A stretch of 64,000 bases of DNA, from assembly GCA_951406725.2 (NCBI GenBank), contig OX597815.1:215202001-215266000 (forward strand), written 5' to 3'. The notes beneath the pieces are model-generated. The model was not told the DNA's origin. It worked only from the letters and a program-made list of their open reading frames with translations, and did no database searches. The position numbers and the translations under genes are program-made. Positions 46,446 through 59,591 of this stretch are shown here, in pieces. Numbering within the stretch: position 1 is the stretch's first letter; each line of letters starts with the position of its first letter. Source of the DNA: Octopus vulgaris. Taxonomy: Eukaryota.

Positions 46446-47849
46446 CCGACTTGTCTACAGTATCTTCTCCGATATGCCGGCCCTATTGGCAAATAATAAT
46501 AATAATAATAATTACGAGAATAATAATAATAATAATAATACTTATTATTATTATTAATATTATTATTATTGTTATTGAAAATTTTTTCCGGCTAAACATT
46601 TCACTCACTTCTTCACAGTAAAATTATGTCATTTAATGCAATCGTTAATGTGATATTCCCTTCAGTTTCATATTAAAGAAAAGCTTAGGCAGGGTTATGT
46701 ATCTAATTGCATCACACACACAGACACACACACACACACTCACAAACGTACACATCAACCCTCCTCCTCTTCTTTCCCCCCCTCTCTCTCTTCTATCATT
46801 CCTCTCCCCCTCTCTCATTTTAAAACTTCCACTTCCACCGCCAATCATCATAAACTGCTGACTGAAACTTTTCAAATCGAAATTATATAATTAGAAATAC
46901 AGATGCCATATATATACATATATATATATATTAGCTTTATATTTTCAATTTATTTTTATCTTTCACTTTTTGCAGAAGGCATCCAGAATACTGGAGACTA
47001 TCTGCAATAGAAATACATTAAACAGGTTAGAGGCCCCTGCATGTCCTCCTCTCCCTCTTCCCCTCACTCCTAGGAAAATAGGACATCAAAATATTGAAGT
47101 TTTGGGTACAGATGAGCTGTTGAAGTTTTGAATATAATTATGTGTCAATTATTATAATCGTTATATCAAAGCAATACTTGGGCAGAGTTATATATCTCAG
47201 TGCATAGCACACACACACACACACACTCATACACCACACACACTCACACACCAGGACATATACAATTGAAGACCCTTCACACCACAAATATTGCTACTTT
47301 GATAACGAAAATTCTTTTCCCATAACTTTAAAGCTGCTAAAACCTTTAATTCCTCTTCAGAATTGTTATAATTTCTCTATCATATACTTTATTTCACAAA
47401 CGTATTTTCTGATACGAACTATTGTTAAATGAATTTGTATCGTTTGCTTCCATGTCAATCATTATATATACCATTTAAATTATTATCGTTATTGATAACG
47501 TGATTTTTGAAGTAACACTATCGTTAAATGAATCTATCGTCTGCTCACAGGAAATATTTGGCTGCTATTTCTAGCACATCCAGCTTAAGCTTCAGAGATT
47601 CCTCACGAAGAGAATGGTGGATGACAATGTGAACACTGGAGGGTCTAACAAAGAATTTAGAAATGTACTTCATTTTAATGTTGACTTTAGACGCTGTATT
47701 TGGGAAGAGATCGATGATCAATAGTTATCGAGCAAAAGTGAGATTGATTCTAAAACATGAAAAATCTATCGTCTGATCGTATAACAATATTTTAATCATT
47801 TCCGGTTAATGTCGCTTTTAAACGATTTTATGTTCCATAGCTACTAAAT

Positions 47850-47859
47850 TTCTTTGACG

Positions 47860-47914
<55 letters not shown>

Positions 47915-48541
47915 CCTCTCTATAACACGCACGATCAAACACACAGACACAAATTTCACACCTTACTACTAAGTGTATTTGACGTTTGTCTACCTCACAC
48001 ACACAATAACACATACACACACAGACACAAATGCAGTTATATACACACTCATACACATACACAATCACTCGCAATCATTAACACAAGCACACACCCGCAC
48101 ATCATCATACATACAGCATACATATTGTCCCCTACCTATTTTTACTACTCCCTCCTTCTACCCATTTTTGAAGTCATTGCTTATAACGGATTATTTAAAA
48201 AAAACACTCATTGTCACTGTGGTCACCATGTAGGCAATCATCAAAAATTTTGTTCGTCTTGTGGCTGAAAGAGGCTCTTAATCTTTCCTGATGAGAAGAT
48301 GGCATAATGCACCATTTATTCCTTCGGAATTAAAAGTATGCCGTCTTCGAAACATGTGTCGAGAGTAAAAACCTCGTTCGACTCCATTCTTTCATTTATT
48401 CATATAAATAACACAAATTTGCACACAAGAACCCGGAGTTTCTACCCTTGACAGGTCACTTCAACTGTGTTTTCTGACGTGAATTTGCTTCCCAGGTATC
48501 GGTTAAACGAATTTTCCATGCTAGGATAATTCATTCACCTA

Positions 48542-48545
<4 letters not shown>
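47850..48545 (+). mobile_element. Solo PLE pseudo-LTR
   Basis: Homologous to 34420-35070. Confidence 0.85.
48271..48375 (+). ncRNA. Type I hammerhead ribozyme
   Basis: CTGATGA at 48288; 12-bp stem II GAAGATGGCATA/TATGCCGTCTTC; GAAACATGTGTC; GTC at 48358-48360. Confidence 0.85.
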
Positions 48546-48578
<33 letters not shown>

Positions 48579-48619
48579 GAATACATACGTTTATATAATT
48601 CTGATAACTGTGTGTGCGT

Positions 48620-48662
<43 letters not shown>

Positions 48663-49143
48663 CACACACACACACACACACACAGATATCACAATTTGTA
48701 AAATAGTACTTAGATTATTTCAAGTTAACTTCAGTTACGCGGATGCAAACAGTCTCATACAGTTACGCATATACACACACACACATACATACACACATGC
48801 AACACCAGACAGTGACATAATTTTCATTTCTCCATTTCTGCTGGAATGCTAATGTCGGGGAAGAAGGAGGGTATACTGAGTAAGTGAAGGGAATTAAAAT
48901 GTATCAATCTCACCAAATCCTTAGTACATGGTTACGTAGCTAATAGCATCACACAAACACACACACACACACACAAAACCCTCTTCCCCTTCTTTCTCCC
49001 TCCCTCTCTCTCTCTCTCTTTCTATCACTTTCTTTCCCTCTCTCATTTACACTCTTCCAGTAGCACCGCCCATCTTTGACTGCTGACGCAAACTTTTCAT
49101 ATCGCATTCATATAATGAGAAATAAAGACGCCAATCTATATCT

Positions 49144-49177
<34 letters not shown>

Positions 49178-49248
49178 GCATAATTGTGTGCTACTTCAAT
49201 GAAAAAATGTATGGTAAATAAACAAATGACGCAATATATATATATGCG

Positions 49249-49322
<74 letters not shown>

Positions 49323-49826
49323 AACATTCACTAACTCTTACGAACAGAGGCTAAGACCACTTTATTGGTAAGTTACGATTTTCATTATGTTATATCGGCC
49401 ATGTATTGGCCATCGTCCAGCCTCCTCAACGGCATTTAGGATGGGATAAAAAGGTTCTCCACCGTTAAGACCTCATAAGTTTGTGTCCCCAAATTACCTA
49501 AAATGTTTTTTATGCTTTTATTTTTACTTCAGTAATTTTCAGTTAACCCATTAGCATTGGCACTGGCCACGTCGGGCCCAAATATTCTTCCTGTTTTCTG
49601 TTGAAACTGAACAGATCAGCCCTTTCACAACCACCATGCAAAGGAGGAAAGGCAAAGTCGACCTCGGGGGAATTTGAACTCAGAACGTAACGGCAGAAGA
49701 AATACCGCTAAGCATTTCGCCCGACGTACTGAGGATTCTGCCAGCTCTCACCGCCTTTTCTACTGTATCTTCTCCTATATGCCGGCCCTATTGGCAAATA
49801 ATAATAATAATAATAATAATACTTAC

Positions 49827-49884
<58 letters not shown>

Positions 49885-49885
<1 letters not shown>

Positions 49886-51351
49886 GAGCAAAACTCAAGA
49901 CAGAGCTGAATGCGAGAAACAGGATCGAAGCGATCAATGCATTAGCCATACCAGTTGTGACTTACAGTTTCAATATCGTTAACTGGTCAATTACTGAAAT
50001 ATGTAATCTTGACAGGAAAATACGAAAACTGTTGACAATGCATAGAATGCACCACCCTAAGGCAGATACAGAACGACTTTATCTGCCAAGAAAAGAGGGA
50101 GGCCGTGGACTTTTACAACTGGCAATAACAATGAAGATTGCTACAATTGGCCTAGACACCTACCTGAAAAACTCTGAGGACTGGATGTTAAAACTTGTCT
50201 CAAAACATGAAAACAAGAAAGCATCATACTCAGTAACAAAAACAGGCAAAGGAATATCTAAGTGAATTCCGAATACAACAAATTTCGGAATTAGAGATAG
50301 ACATACAAGAAACAGGCACAGAAAAAGCTAAGCGCATGAAAACCCGTGCTAAATCTGCGGCCTTAGATATTCTGAATGATAAATGGCAAGAAAAACCTCT
50401 CTATGGCAAATACCCAAAGAGAGCAAATAATGCAGATGTTGACAAAGCCCTGACCCATCAATTGCTAATGGACTCTGGCTTAAAATCTGAAACAGAGGGG
50501 TTTATCATGGCAGCTCAAAATCAATGCCTACCAACAAGAAACTACCAGGCCAACATATTAAAGATCAGAAGCAGTCCAACGTGTCGTGTATGCCAGCAAC
50601 AAAATGAAACCATTGACCATGTGGTCTCCAAGTGCAGTCTTCTAGCGCCTACAGAGTATCTCAACAGACACGATAGAGCTGCACAATATACTCACTGGGT
50701 AATCTGCAAAAACCTGGATTTGCCCCATGAAAAAAACTGGTGGGAACACAAACCACCCCCAGTGCTTGAAAATGACCACATCTCACTCCTCTGGAACTTC
50801 ACCATTCAAACTGACAGAAAGATATATGCTAATAGGCCAGACATAATATTGAAAGACTTCAGACAAAGAACATGCCTCCTCATTGATATGACTGTCCCAA
50901 TCGATATAAACGTATCTGTCAAGACCTACCAAAAACTGAGCAAATATAAAGATCTTGAAATAGAAATCAGCAAAATGTGGAACCTGAAGACTAAAACAAT
51001 ACTTGTTGTCATAGGTGCCCTGGGAATGATAGCAAAAGGGGCTGATAGCTACCTAACTCAGATACCAGGAAACCCCAAAATGGCAGAAATTCAAAAGATA
51101 GTGCTCATGGGAACTGCTCATATCCTACGCAAAATACTTTCTATGTAATCTAAAGGTTTAAAACAAACATAATTTTCGGTTTTAAAAAAAATATTTTTTT
51201 TTTAGACGTTCATTAGTACAACACCAAAAACTCCCCCCAAATATATGGCACACTAGGCATAACAACAACATGAACTTCCAACCTGTTGTCTCTTGAGGTC
51301 TCTGGGTGAGACTTGGAGCCAAATTGTACAAATATAAAGCAAAAGTCAAAC

Positions 51352-51355
<4 letters not shown>
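49885..51355 (+). mobile_element. R4/Dong-type LINE, 5'-truncated
   Basis: HHPKADTERLYLPRKEGGRGL, ETEGFIMAAQNQ, CRVC..H..C, NRPDII..LIDMT..KYKDL; (TAA)n on both sides. Confidence 0.9.
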
Positions 51356-51427
<72 letters not shown>

Positions 51428-51428
<1 letters not shown>

Positions 51429-53105
51429 TGAAATAGATATGAAATTTGGATTAGAAAAATGCGCCAAAGTAACCATGAAAAGAGGTAAACTAGTTAAGAG
51501 TAACAACATCACACTAGATAAAACCAATGAAACAAAAGAATTAGACCAAAGCCAAACTTACAAATACTTAGGAATCCATGAACTAGATAAGACACAACAC
51601 ACACAAATGAAAGAGAAAATATAAAAAGAATATTATAGACGAATTAGATCAATACTAAAAACAGAGCTCAATGCTAAAAACAAGATAATAGGTATCAACA
51701 CTTTAGCTGTCCCAGTTATAAGTTACAGCTACAATATCCTTAACTGGACACGAAATGAACTGTCCAAAATAGATAGGAAAACAAGAAAAATAATGACAGG
51801 ATCTAGGATGCATCACCCAAAATCTGACATAGAAAGACTATATATACAACGTATAGAAGGTGGTAGAGGCCTTATACAGCTGGAAAACTACTATAAAATA
51901 ACCACCATAGGACTGCAAAAATATCTACTTCAGAAGGAAGGAAAACTGATCCAGATAGCAGCAAAACACGAGCAAAACAAAAAACTGTTCTCAGTATTTA
52001 AGGAAGCTGACAAATACAAACAAGAAATCATACCACCTAATAAACATGAAGAAGAAGAAGAAGAAGAAGAAGAAGAAGAAGAAGAAGAAGAAGAAGAAGA
52101 AGAAGAAGAAGAAGAAGAAGAAGAAGAAGAAGAAGAAGAAGAAGAAGAAGAAGAAGAAGAAGAAGAAACAACAAAAGCTATAAAATAAATGAAATCCAAA
52201 CTAAAAATAGAACAGCAACGAACCATGATAAAACGATGGCAAGAAAAGCCCCTTCATGGTAAATACTGGACTAAACTAAACGCAAAAGAAATAGACAAAG
52301 AAAAATCCCAGCAATGGTTGAGAAGCTCAGGACTTAAAGCAGAAACAGAGGGATTTTTAATCGCAGCACAAGACCAAAGACTCCCCACCAGAAATTACCA
52401 AAAACATGTAATGAAAAGAAATATTACAAGTAACTGCAGAATATGTGGAGATGGACAAGAAACAATAAATCATATTATCTCTAGCTGCCCAGTCCTGGCT
52501 AAGAAGGAATATATTCACAGACATGACAGAGTTGGAACCTACATACATTGGAAGCTATGCCAACATTATGGAATAACAACAGAAAAAAGATGGTATAGGC
52601 ACACACCAGAAAAGGTCACAGAAAACGAGAAAGCAACCATACTCTGGGATATGCCGATACACACAGATAGAGAAATTAAGGCCAACAGACCAGATATAGT
52701 TGTCAGAGATCATGAAGAAAAAAATGCTTTCTAATTGATGTATCAATACCGGCAGATGACAACGTGTCTCTAAAAGAAATGGAGAAACTCTCAAAATACA
52801 AAGACTTGGAAATAGAGGTAACTAGAATGTGGAATCTGAAAACAGAAACAATTCCTATCATAGTAGGTGCATTAGGCATGATAAAAAAATATTCAGACAA
52901 ATACATAACAAAAACACCAGGACTTACAAACATATATAACATACAGAAAATTGCACTACTAGGCACTGCACACATCCTACGCAGAACACTTTCCATACAA
53001 TAACCATCAGAGCATCACAACAAATCACAGCACATACCCAAGGCACACAGAGCTGCGCTCGGTAGTGAAGTGAAAGCACGCTATAAAAATAAAACTACTG
53101 AATAA
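51428..53105 (+). mobile_element. R4/Dong-type LINE (second family), disrupted, with an in-frame (GAA)n
   Basis: FGLEKC, YKYLG, HHPKSD..GGRGL, CRIC..H..C, NRPDIVV; stops and a frameshift; (TAA)n on both sides. Confidence 0.9.
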
Positions 53106-53136
53106 TAATACTAATAATAATAATAATTACTATAAT

Positions 53137-53211
<75 letters not shown>

Positions 53212-53561
53212 TATTATTATTATTATTATTGTTATTGGAATTTTTTCCGGCTAAACTTTTCACTCACTTCTTCACAGTAAATTTACGTCATTTAATGCAA
53301 TCGTTAATGTGATATTCCCTTCAGTTTCATATTAAAGAAAAGCTTAGGCAGGGTTATGTATCTAATTGCATCACACACACAGACACACACACACACTCAT
53401 AAACGTACACATCAACCGTCCTCCTCCTCTTTCACCTCTCTCTCTCTCTTCTATCACTCCCTCTACCCCTCTCTCATTTTAACACTTCCACTTCCACCGC
53501 CAATCATCATAAACTGCTGACTGAAACTTTTCAAATCGAAATTATATAATTAGAAATACAG

Positions 53562-53632
<71 letters not shown>

Positions 53633-53634
53633 CT

Positions 53635-54700
53635 TAGGATGTGGAATGTTCGTATCAACTAACACGGACTACGTCATCATAATACTGTCCACGAAGAGGT
53701 GATAGGAGCAAAGCTTATCCAAGAGAAGTCGGTGGGCCTGCAAATCGGCAGATGGAGAGGCAGACCCATACCAACCGACAGTTTGTTGGGCGCTAAACGG
53801 AAAGACAAGTTAAACTGCTTGGGGTCTGGTTTGCTCTAGACCTCGAGGTGGACAACAACGGGTGGGAGGTGACGAACAGGATAGTCGATATCACCCAGAA
53901 ATTGGCAGAGAGGAAGCTGTTCGTGAAGGGTCGAGTCGAGGTGGGCGAATGCGTACATCGCTTCCGTCATCTATGACTGCCTGAATGTAGTCCCATGCCC
54001 GATAAAGTTAGAACTTTTGTTCTTCCACTTTCTAAAAAGGGACGTGTTCCGCTCATCAGACGGTCCATCTGCTGTCAAAAACCTCTCAGTGGAGTACTGG
54101 ACATGCCGTTGCTAATGATTCGCAGACATGCGCTGAGACTGCGACATATCCTGCGTTTCTTTAACGGTGAGCATGGGATATTGACTGTTTGTCAAACGGG
54201 ACTTTCCGCGGCTCGTCTCACTGATGAAGCTATAGCACTGAGTGAAGCGTTGGCCAAGAAAAGGCGCTTGGCAGCGGGAGTGTCGGCAAGCTCTCACAGC
54301 TTTCTGCCAGTCGGGCAACGCGGGCATTGAAAGTTCAACCATGGATTTCTAGAGGGGATTAGTAGAGGGGAAAGAACAACGACGAAATCGGGGTAAATTC
54401 TGGGCGTAGGTGGAGGGAATCAACTAACTGGTCTTTAACCTCCAGAAATCCCTGGCCTGGCAGTGCAACCGGGGAGCTCTGCCGATTCAAGACAAGCTCT
54501 ACGGATACGAAAGTGTTGTCGGAAGGATATGTCGGGATGTGCGCAGGCTGATGAAATAGTCCTGCATGCACTCGTCCGTCCAGTTTATGAGCCGAGTTCA
54601 TTGTAAAGATCGCATCGCCAACTTCTTTTGGCCGGGAAGGAAAAGGAGTTTCTTCTGCCCGGTGGCTAAAGAAGTAGTTTGGTGGACGAGACTGAAAACA
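53635..54700 (+). pseudogene. Tx1/L1-like LINE remnant
   Basis: GVLDMP..RRHALRLRH, homologous to 45195-46000 and extending further 5'. Confidence 0.55.
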
Positions 54701-54832
54701 TCGAAGACTTAACCTCCTTCACAGTAAAATTATGTCATTTAATACTATCATTTAATATTATCATTAATATTCAATTCAGTTTTATATTAAAGAAACACTT
54801 AGGCATGGTTATGTATCTCAGTGCATCACACA

Positions 54833-54893
<61 letters not shown>

Positions 54894-55894
54894 GCACACA
54901 GACACACACACAGATACTGGCAGACAATTAGCTTTTTTTTTCAATTTATTTTCATCGTTCACTTTTTGCAGAAGGCATCCAGAATACTGGAGACTATCTG
55001 AGATACAAATACATTAAACAGTTTAGAGACCCCTGCATGTCTTCCTCTCCCTCTTCCCCTCACTCCTATGAAAATAGGACATCAAGTTATTGAGGTTTTG
55101 GGTACAGATGAGCTGTTGAAGTTTGGAACATAATTATATGTCAATTGTTATAATCGTTAATGTGGTGTTCACTTCCGTTTTATATCAAAGCAATGCTTAG
55201 GCAGAGTTATATATCTCAGTGCCACACACACACACACACAAACACATACACACACACACACAAGGACATATACAATTGAAGATCCTTCACACCACAAAAT
55301 CCTCGCCTGTCATCCTTCATTCGTATAAAATATTGCTACTTTGATAACGAAAATTCTTTTCCCATAACTTTAAAGCTGCTAAAACCTTTAATTCCTCTTC
55401 AGAATTGTTATAATTTCTCTATCATATACTTTATTTCACAAACGTAATTTTCTGAAACGAACTATTGTTAAATGAATTTGTATCGTTTGCTTCCATGTCA
55501 ATCATTATATATACCATTTAAATTATTATCGTTATTGATAACGTGATTTTTTCTGAAGTGACACTATCGTTAAATGAATCTATCGTCTGCTCACAGGAAA
55601 TATTTGGCTGCTATTTCTAGCACATCCAGCTTAAGCTTCAGAGATTCCTCACGAAGAGAATGGTGGGTGACAATGTGAACACTGGAGGGTCTAACAAAGA
55701 ATTTAGAAATGTACTTCATTTTAATGTTGACTTTAGACGCTGTATTTGGGAAGAGATCGATGATCAATAGTTATCGAGCAAAAGTGAGATTGATTCTAAA
55801 ACATGAAAAATCTGTCGTCTGATCGTATAACAATATTTTGATCATTTCCGGTTAATGTCGCTTTTAAACGATTTTATGTTCCATAGCTACTAAA

Positions 55895-55905
55895 TTTCTT
55901 TGACG

Positions 55906-55954
<49 letters not shown>

Positions 55955-56582
55955 CCCTCTCTATAACACGCACGATCAAACACACAGACACAAATTTCAC
56001 ACCTTACTACTAAGTGTATTTGACGTTTGTCTACCTCACACACACAATAACACATACACACAGAGACATAAATGCAGTTATATACACACTCATACACATA
56101 CACAAACACTCGCAATCATTAACACAAGCACACACCCGCACATCATCATACATACAGCATACATATTGTCCCCTACCTATTTTTACTACTCCCTCCTTCT
56201 ACCCATTTTTGAAGTCATTGCTTATAACGGATTATTTAAAAAAAACACTCATTGTCACTGTGGTCACCATGGAGGCAATCATCAAAAATTTTGTTCGTCT
56301 TGTGGCTGAAAGAGGCTCCTAATCTTTCCTGATGAGAAGATGGCATAATGCACCATTTATTCCTTCGGAATTAAAAGTATGCCGTCTTCGAAACATGTGT
56401 CGAGAGTAAAATCTTCGTTCGACTCCATTCTTTCATTTATTCATATAAATAACACAAATTTGCACACAAGAACCCGGAGTTTCTACCCTTGATAGGTCAC
56501 TTCAACTGTGTTTTCTGACGTGAATTTGCTTCCCAGGTATCGGTTAAACGAATTTTCCATGCTAGGATAATTCATTCACCTA

Positions 56583-56585
<3 letters not shown>
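55895..56585 (+). mobile_element. Solo PLE pseudo-LTR (duplicate of 47850-48545)
   Basis: Near identity to 47850-48545. Confidence 0.85.
56312..56416 (+). ncRNA. Type I hammerhead ribozyme
   Basis: CTGATGA at 56329, GTC at 56399-56401; core intact. Confidence 0.85.
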
Positions 56586-56651
<66 letters not shown>

Positions 56652-56692
56652 GAATACATACGTTTATATAATTCTGATAACTGTGTGTGCGT

Positions 56693-56736
<44 letters not shown>

Positions 56737-57206
56737 ACACACACACACACACACACAGATATCACAATTTGTAAAATAGTACTTAGATTATTTCAAGTTA
56801 ACTTCAGTTACGCGGATGCAAACAGTCTCATACAGTTACGCATATACACACACACATACATACACACACGCAACACCAGACAGTGACATAATTTTCATTT
56901 CTCCATTTCTGCTGGAATGCTAATGTCGGGGAAGAAGGAGGGTATACTGAGTAAGTGAAGGGAATTAAAATGTATCAATCCCACCAAATCCTTAGTACAT
57001 GGTTACGTAGCTAATAGCATCACACAAACACATACACACACACACAAAACCCTCTTCCCCTTCTTTCTCCCTCCCTCTCTCTCTCTCTTTCTATCACTTT
57101 CTTTCCCCTCTCTCATTTACACTCTTCCAGTAGCACCGCCCATCTTTGACTGCTGACGCAAACTTTTCATATCGCATTCATATAATGAGAAATAAAGACG
57201 CCAATC

Positions 57207-57261
<55 letters not shown>

Positions 57262-58334
57262 GCATAATTGTGTGCTACTTCAATGAAAAAATGTATGGTA
57301 AATAAACAAATGACGCAATATATATATATATGCGCACATATATATATATATATAAACATTCACTAACTCTTACGATCAGAGGCTAAACCACTTTATTGGT
57401 AAGTTACGATTTTCATTATATTATATCGGCCATCTATTGGCCATCGTCCAGCCTCCTCAACGGCATTTAGGATGGGATAAAAAGGGTCTCCACCGTTAAG
57501 ACCTCATAAGTTTGTGTCCACAAATGACCTAAAATGTTTTTTTATGCTTTTATTTTTACTTCAGTAATTTTCAGTTAACCCATTAGCATTGGCACTGGCC
57601 ACGTCGGGCCCAAATATTCTTTCTGTTTTCTGTTGAAACTGAACACATCAGCCCTTTCACAACTACCATGCAAAGTTATTCTAAAAGTAAGCAATCACAT
57701 AATCAAAATCTCAAAGCTAGAAGATAACGTATGATTAATTGTAAACGATGTGAATAAATAAGTAATTCATCCGAATGTTGAAGGAGTATCCTCTTCTAGC
57801 TGGTACAATAATGAAACAGCAATTCCATCTCAAATTACAACAAGTGGGGTCTTTTTAAGGACACATTTCAGGTTCGAGGGAGTGGTTAAGAATGTTAGTA
57901 GTACAAAAAATCGAGTCGGTATTTTTCTTAGTAGTTGAGTTTTGTTTAGAATTGTTTGAAGCCGAGAAGGGTCAAATAACAGTAGAGGCGGTTGAAATGC
58001 AAAAATTTGAAGAAATTTGTGATGTGTTGGTGAGATTTAGGAGGCTGAGTGGAGGCTGAAAAGCGATTGATCATAATACTTGGAATAAATTAGGGATGCG
58101 TGTTATATATATTTATATTTCTGTGGGTATCTATATATATGTTGACTACTTTATGTTTTTAATACTGTGTATTAATGTAGGAGTTTATATGTTTATATAT
58201 GTGCGTATATGTGTGTGTGTGTTTGCATGTATGTATGTAAACGCTTGTATGTATATATTATGTATTTGTAAATGTGATGTATATATTATGTATTTGTAAA
58301 TGCAAGTTTGGATATTTCAGATTTATTGCATATG

Positions 58335-58392
<58 letters not shown>

Positions 58393-58519
58393 CATATATG
58401 CATACATAGACACACACACACACACATACACATATAAGCTATTTGGAATGTGTTCACTTGTCGATTGTCAGGTTGACTCTTGTTTTACATTAGAGCTTTG
58501 ATGGGCCTCGGGGCTTGCT

Positions 58520-59110
58520 ATATGATTATTTAGAATTAGTGAAGTGCATGAATGTCTTGCAGTATTTATGTGGAGGCGAAGAATAGTTAATGACCCTTTT
58601 ATACATAATATGCATTTACCTATATTTGTGTTGTAGAGGGGAGCTTCACATACTGTGGACCACGTTAGAGTGTATTGGACATTGTTTTGAATTGAGGTTG
58701 TATATGTGTGTTGCTAAAGATTGAAATAGTTTAGATTTGGGATTAATGAAAGAATACATATGAGCACGACAACGGCATTCGAAATCCTCAGTGCCACAAA
58801 TATACACCCTTGCCTGGTGGGTACATGGGGTCATCACGTGGCACTTATAGATTACGCTTTTGAGGAGACAGGTGTCTGCATACCATATAATTCAGAAGCG
58901 CGACATTTGCATGTTGATGTTGGTTAGTTTGTTGTTAGTGGAGAGAATCTAAATTAGGATTTATATTAGTATCGGATTGGGGGGTTGTAATGGAACTAAT
59001 AGCTATCGTCTAGTAGATAGGGTTGTAGACTGTTGGCTTAAGTTTAGTATTATACAATTGAGGTGGCTTATTAAGGTTTGTATTATTGTATTGTCAAGGC
59101 TAGCTTGGGA
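58520..59110 (-). pseudogene. Degenerate Naiad-like PLE GIY-YIG fragment
   Basis: IYKCHV..RVYICGT..F..R..H..SF..SLATHIY..W..KCILC. Confidence 0.6.
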
Positions 59111-59591
59111 TTTTGGGGAAAATTTTTGTTTTATCCACACATAAAGCCTACCGGTGTGTTACAAAGATTATGGAAACACGGGTCCGAAGCTAGGTTTGTT
59201 GTTGTTGATGTGTATGTAGTTTCAAAATGTTTTTTTTCAACTATGAGATGAATTGTTGATTTTTTGATTTTATCTTACTATAATCAGCAACAAACACATT
59301 CCGTCAATATTAAATTCTTTATTAGATAAAAAAATATCATTATCAAAACATGAAGGTAAAACAAAACAAATGTGCTTTGTTTTCTTCCAGGCACCAATGT
59401 ACTGTAGCAATAGTCTTTCATCGACCGACCTTTTCTCTGAAAAAATCAGTGGAATCATTCGATCTCCATAACAAATTATTTTCCTCCTGGAAATTATAAA
59501 AAAAGATACACACATTAGGCGCACCTTTCTCTAAGAGGCACACTAAATTTCCCAGGTAAAAAAATAGCGGCATATACACCGGAAAATACGG
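59110..59591 (-). mobile_element. pogo/Tc2-like remnant (opposite TIR)
   Basis: CCGGAAAATACGG-TA at 59579-59593. Confidence 0.55.

Larger units (their letters stand above)
43975..49830 (+). repeat. Segmental duplication, first copy
   Basis: 43975-46540 matches 59110-61760; 46535-46915 matches 53200-53570; 46930-49643 matches 54925-57675; 49640-49830 is a third copy of the 46340-46540 segment. Confidence 0.92.
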
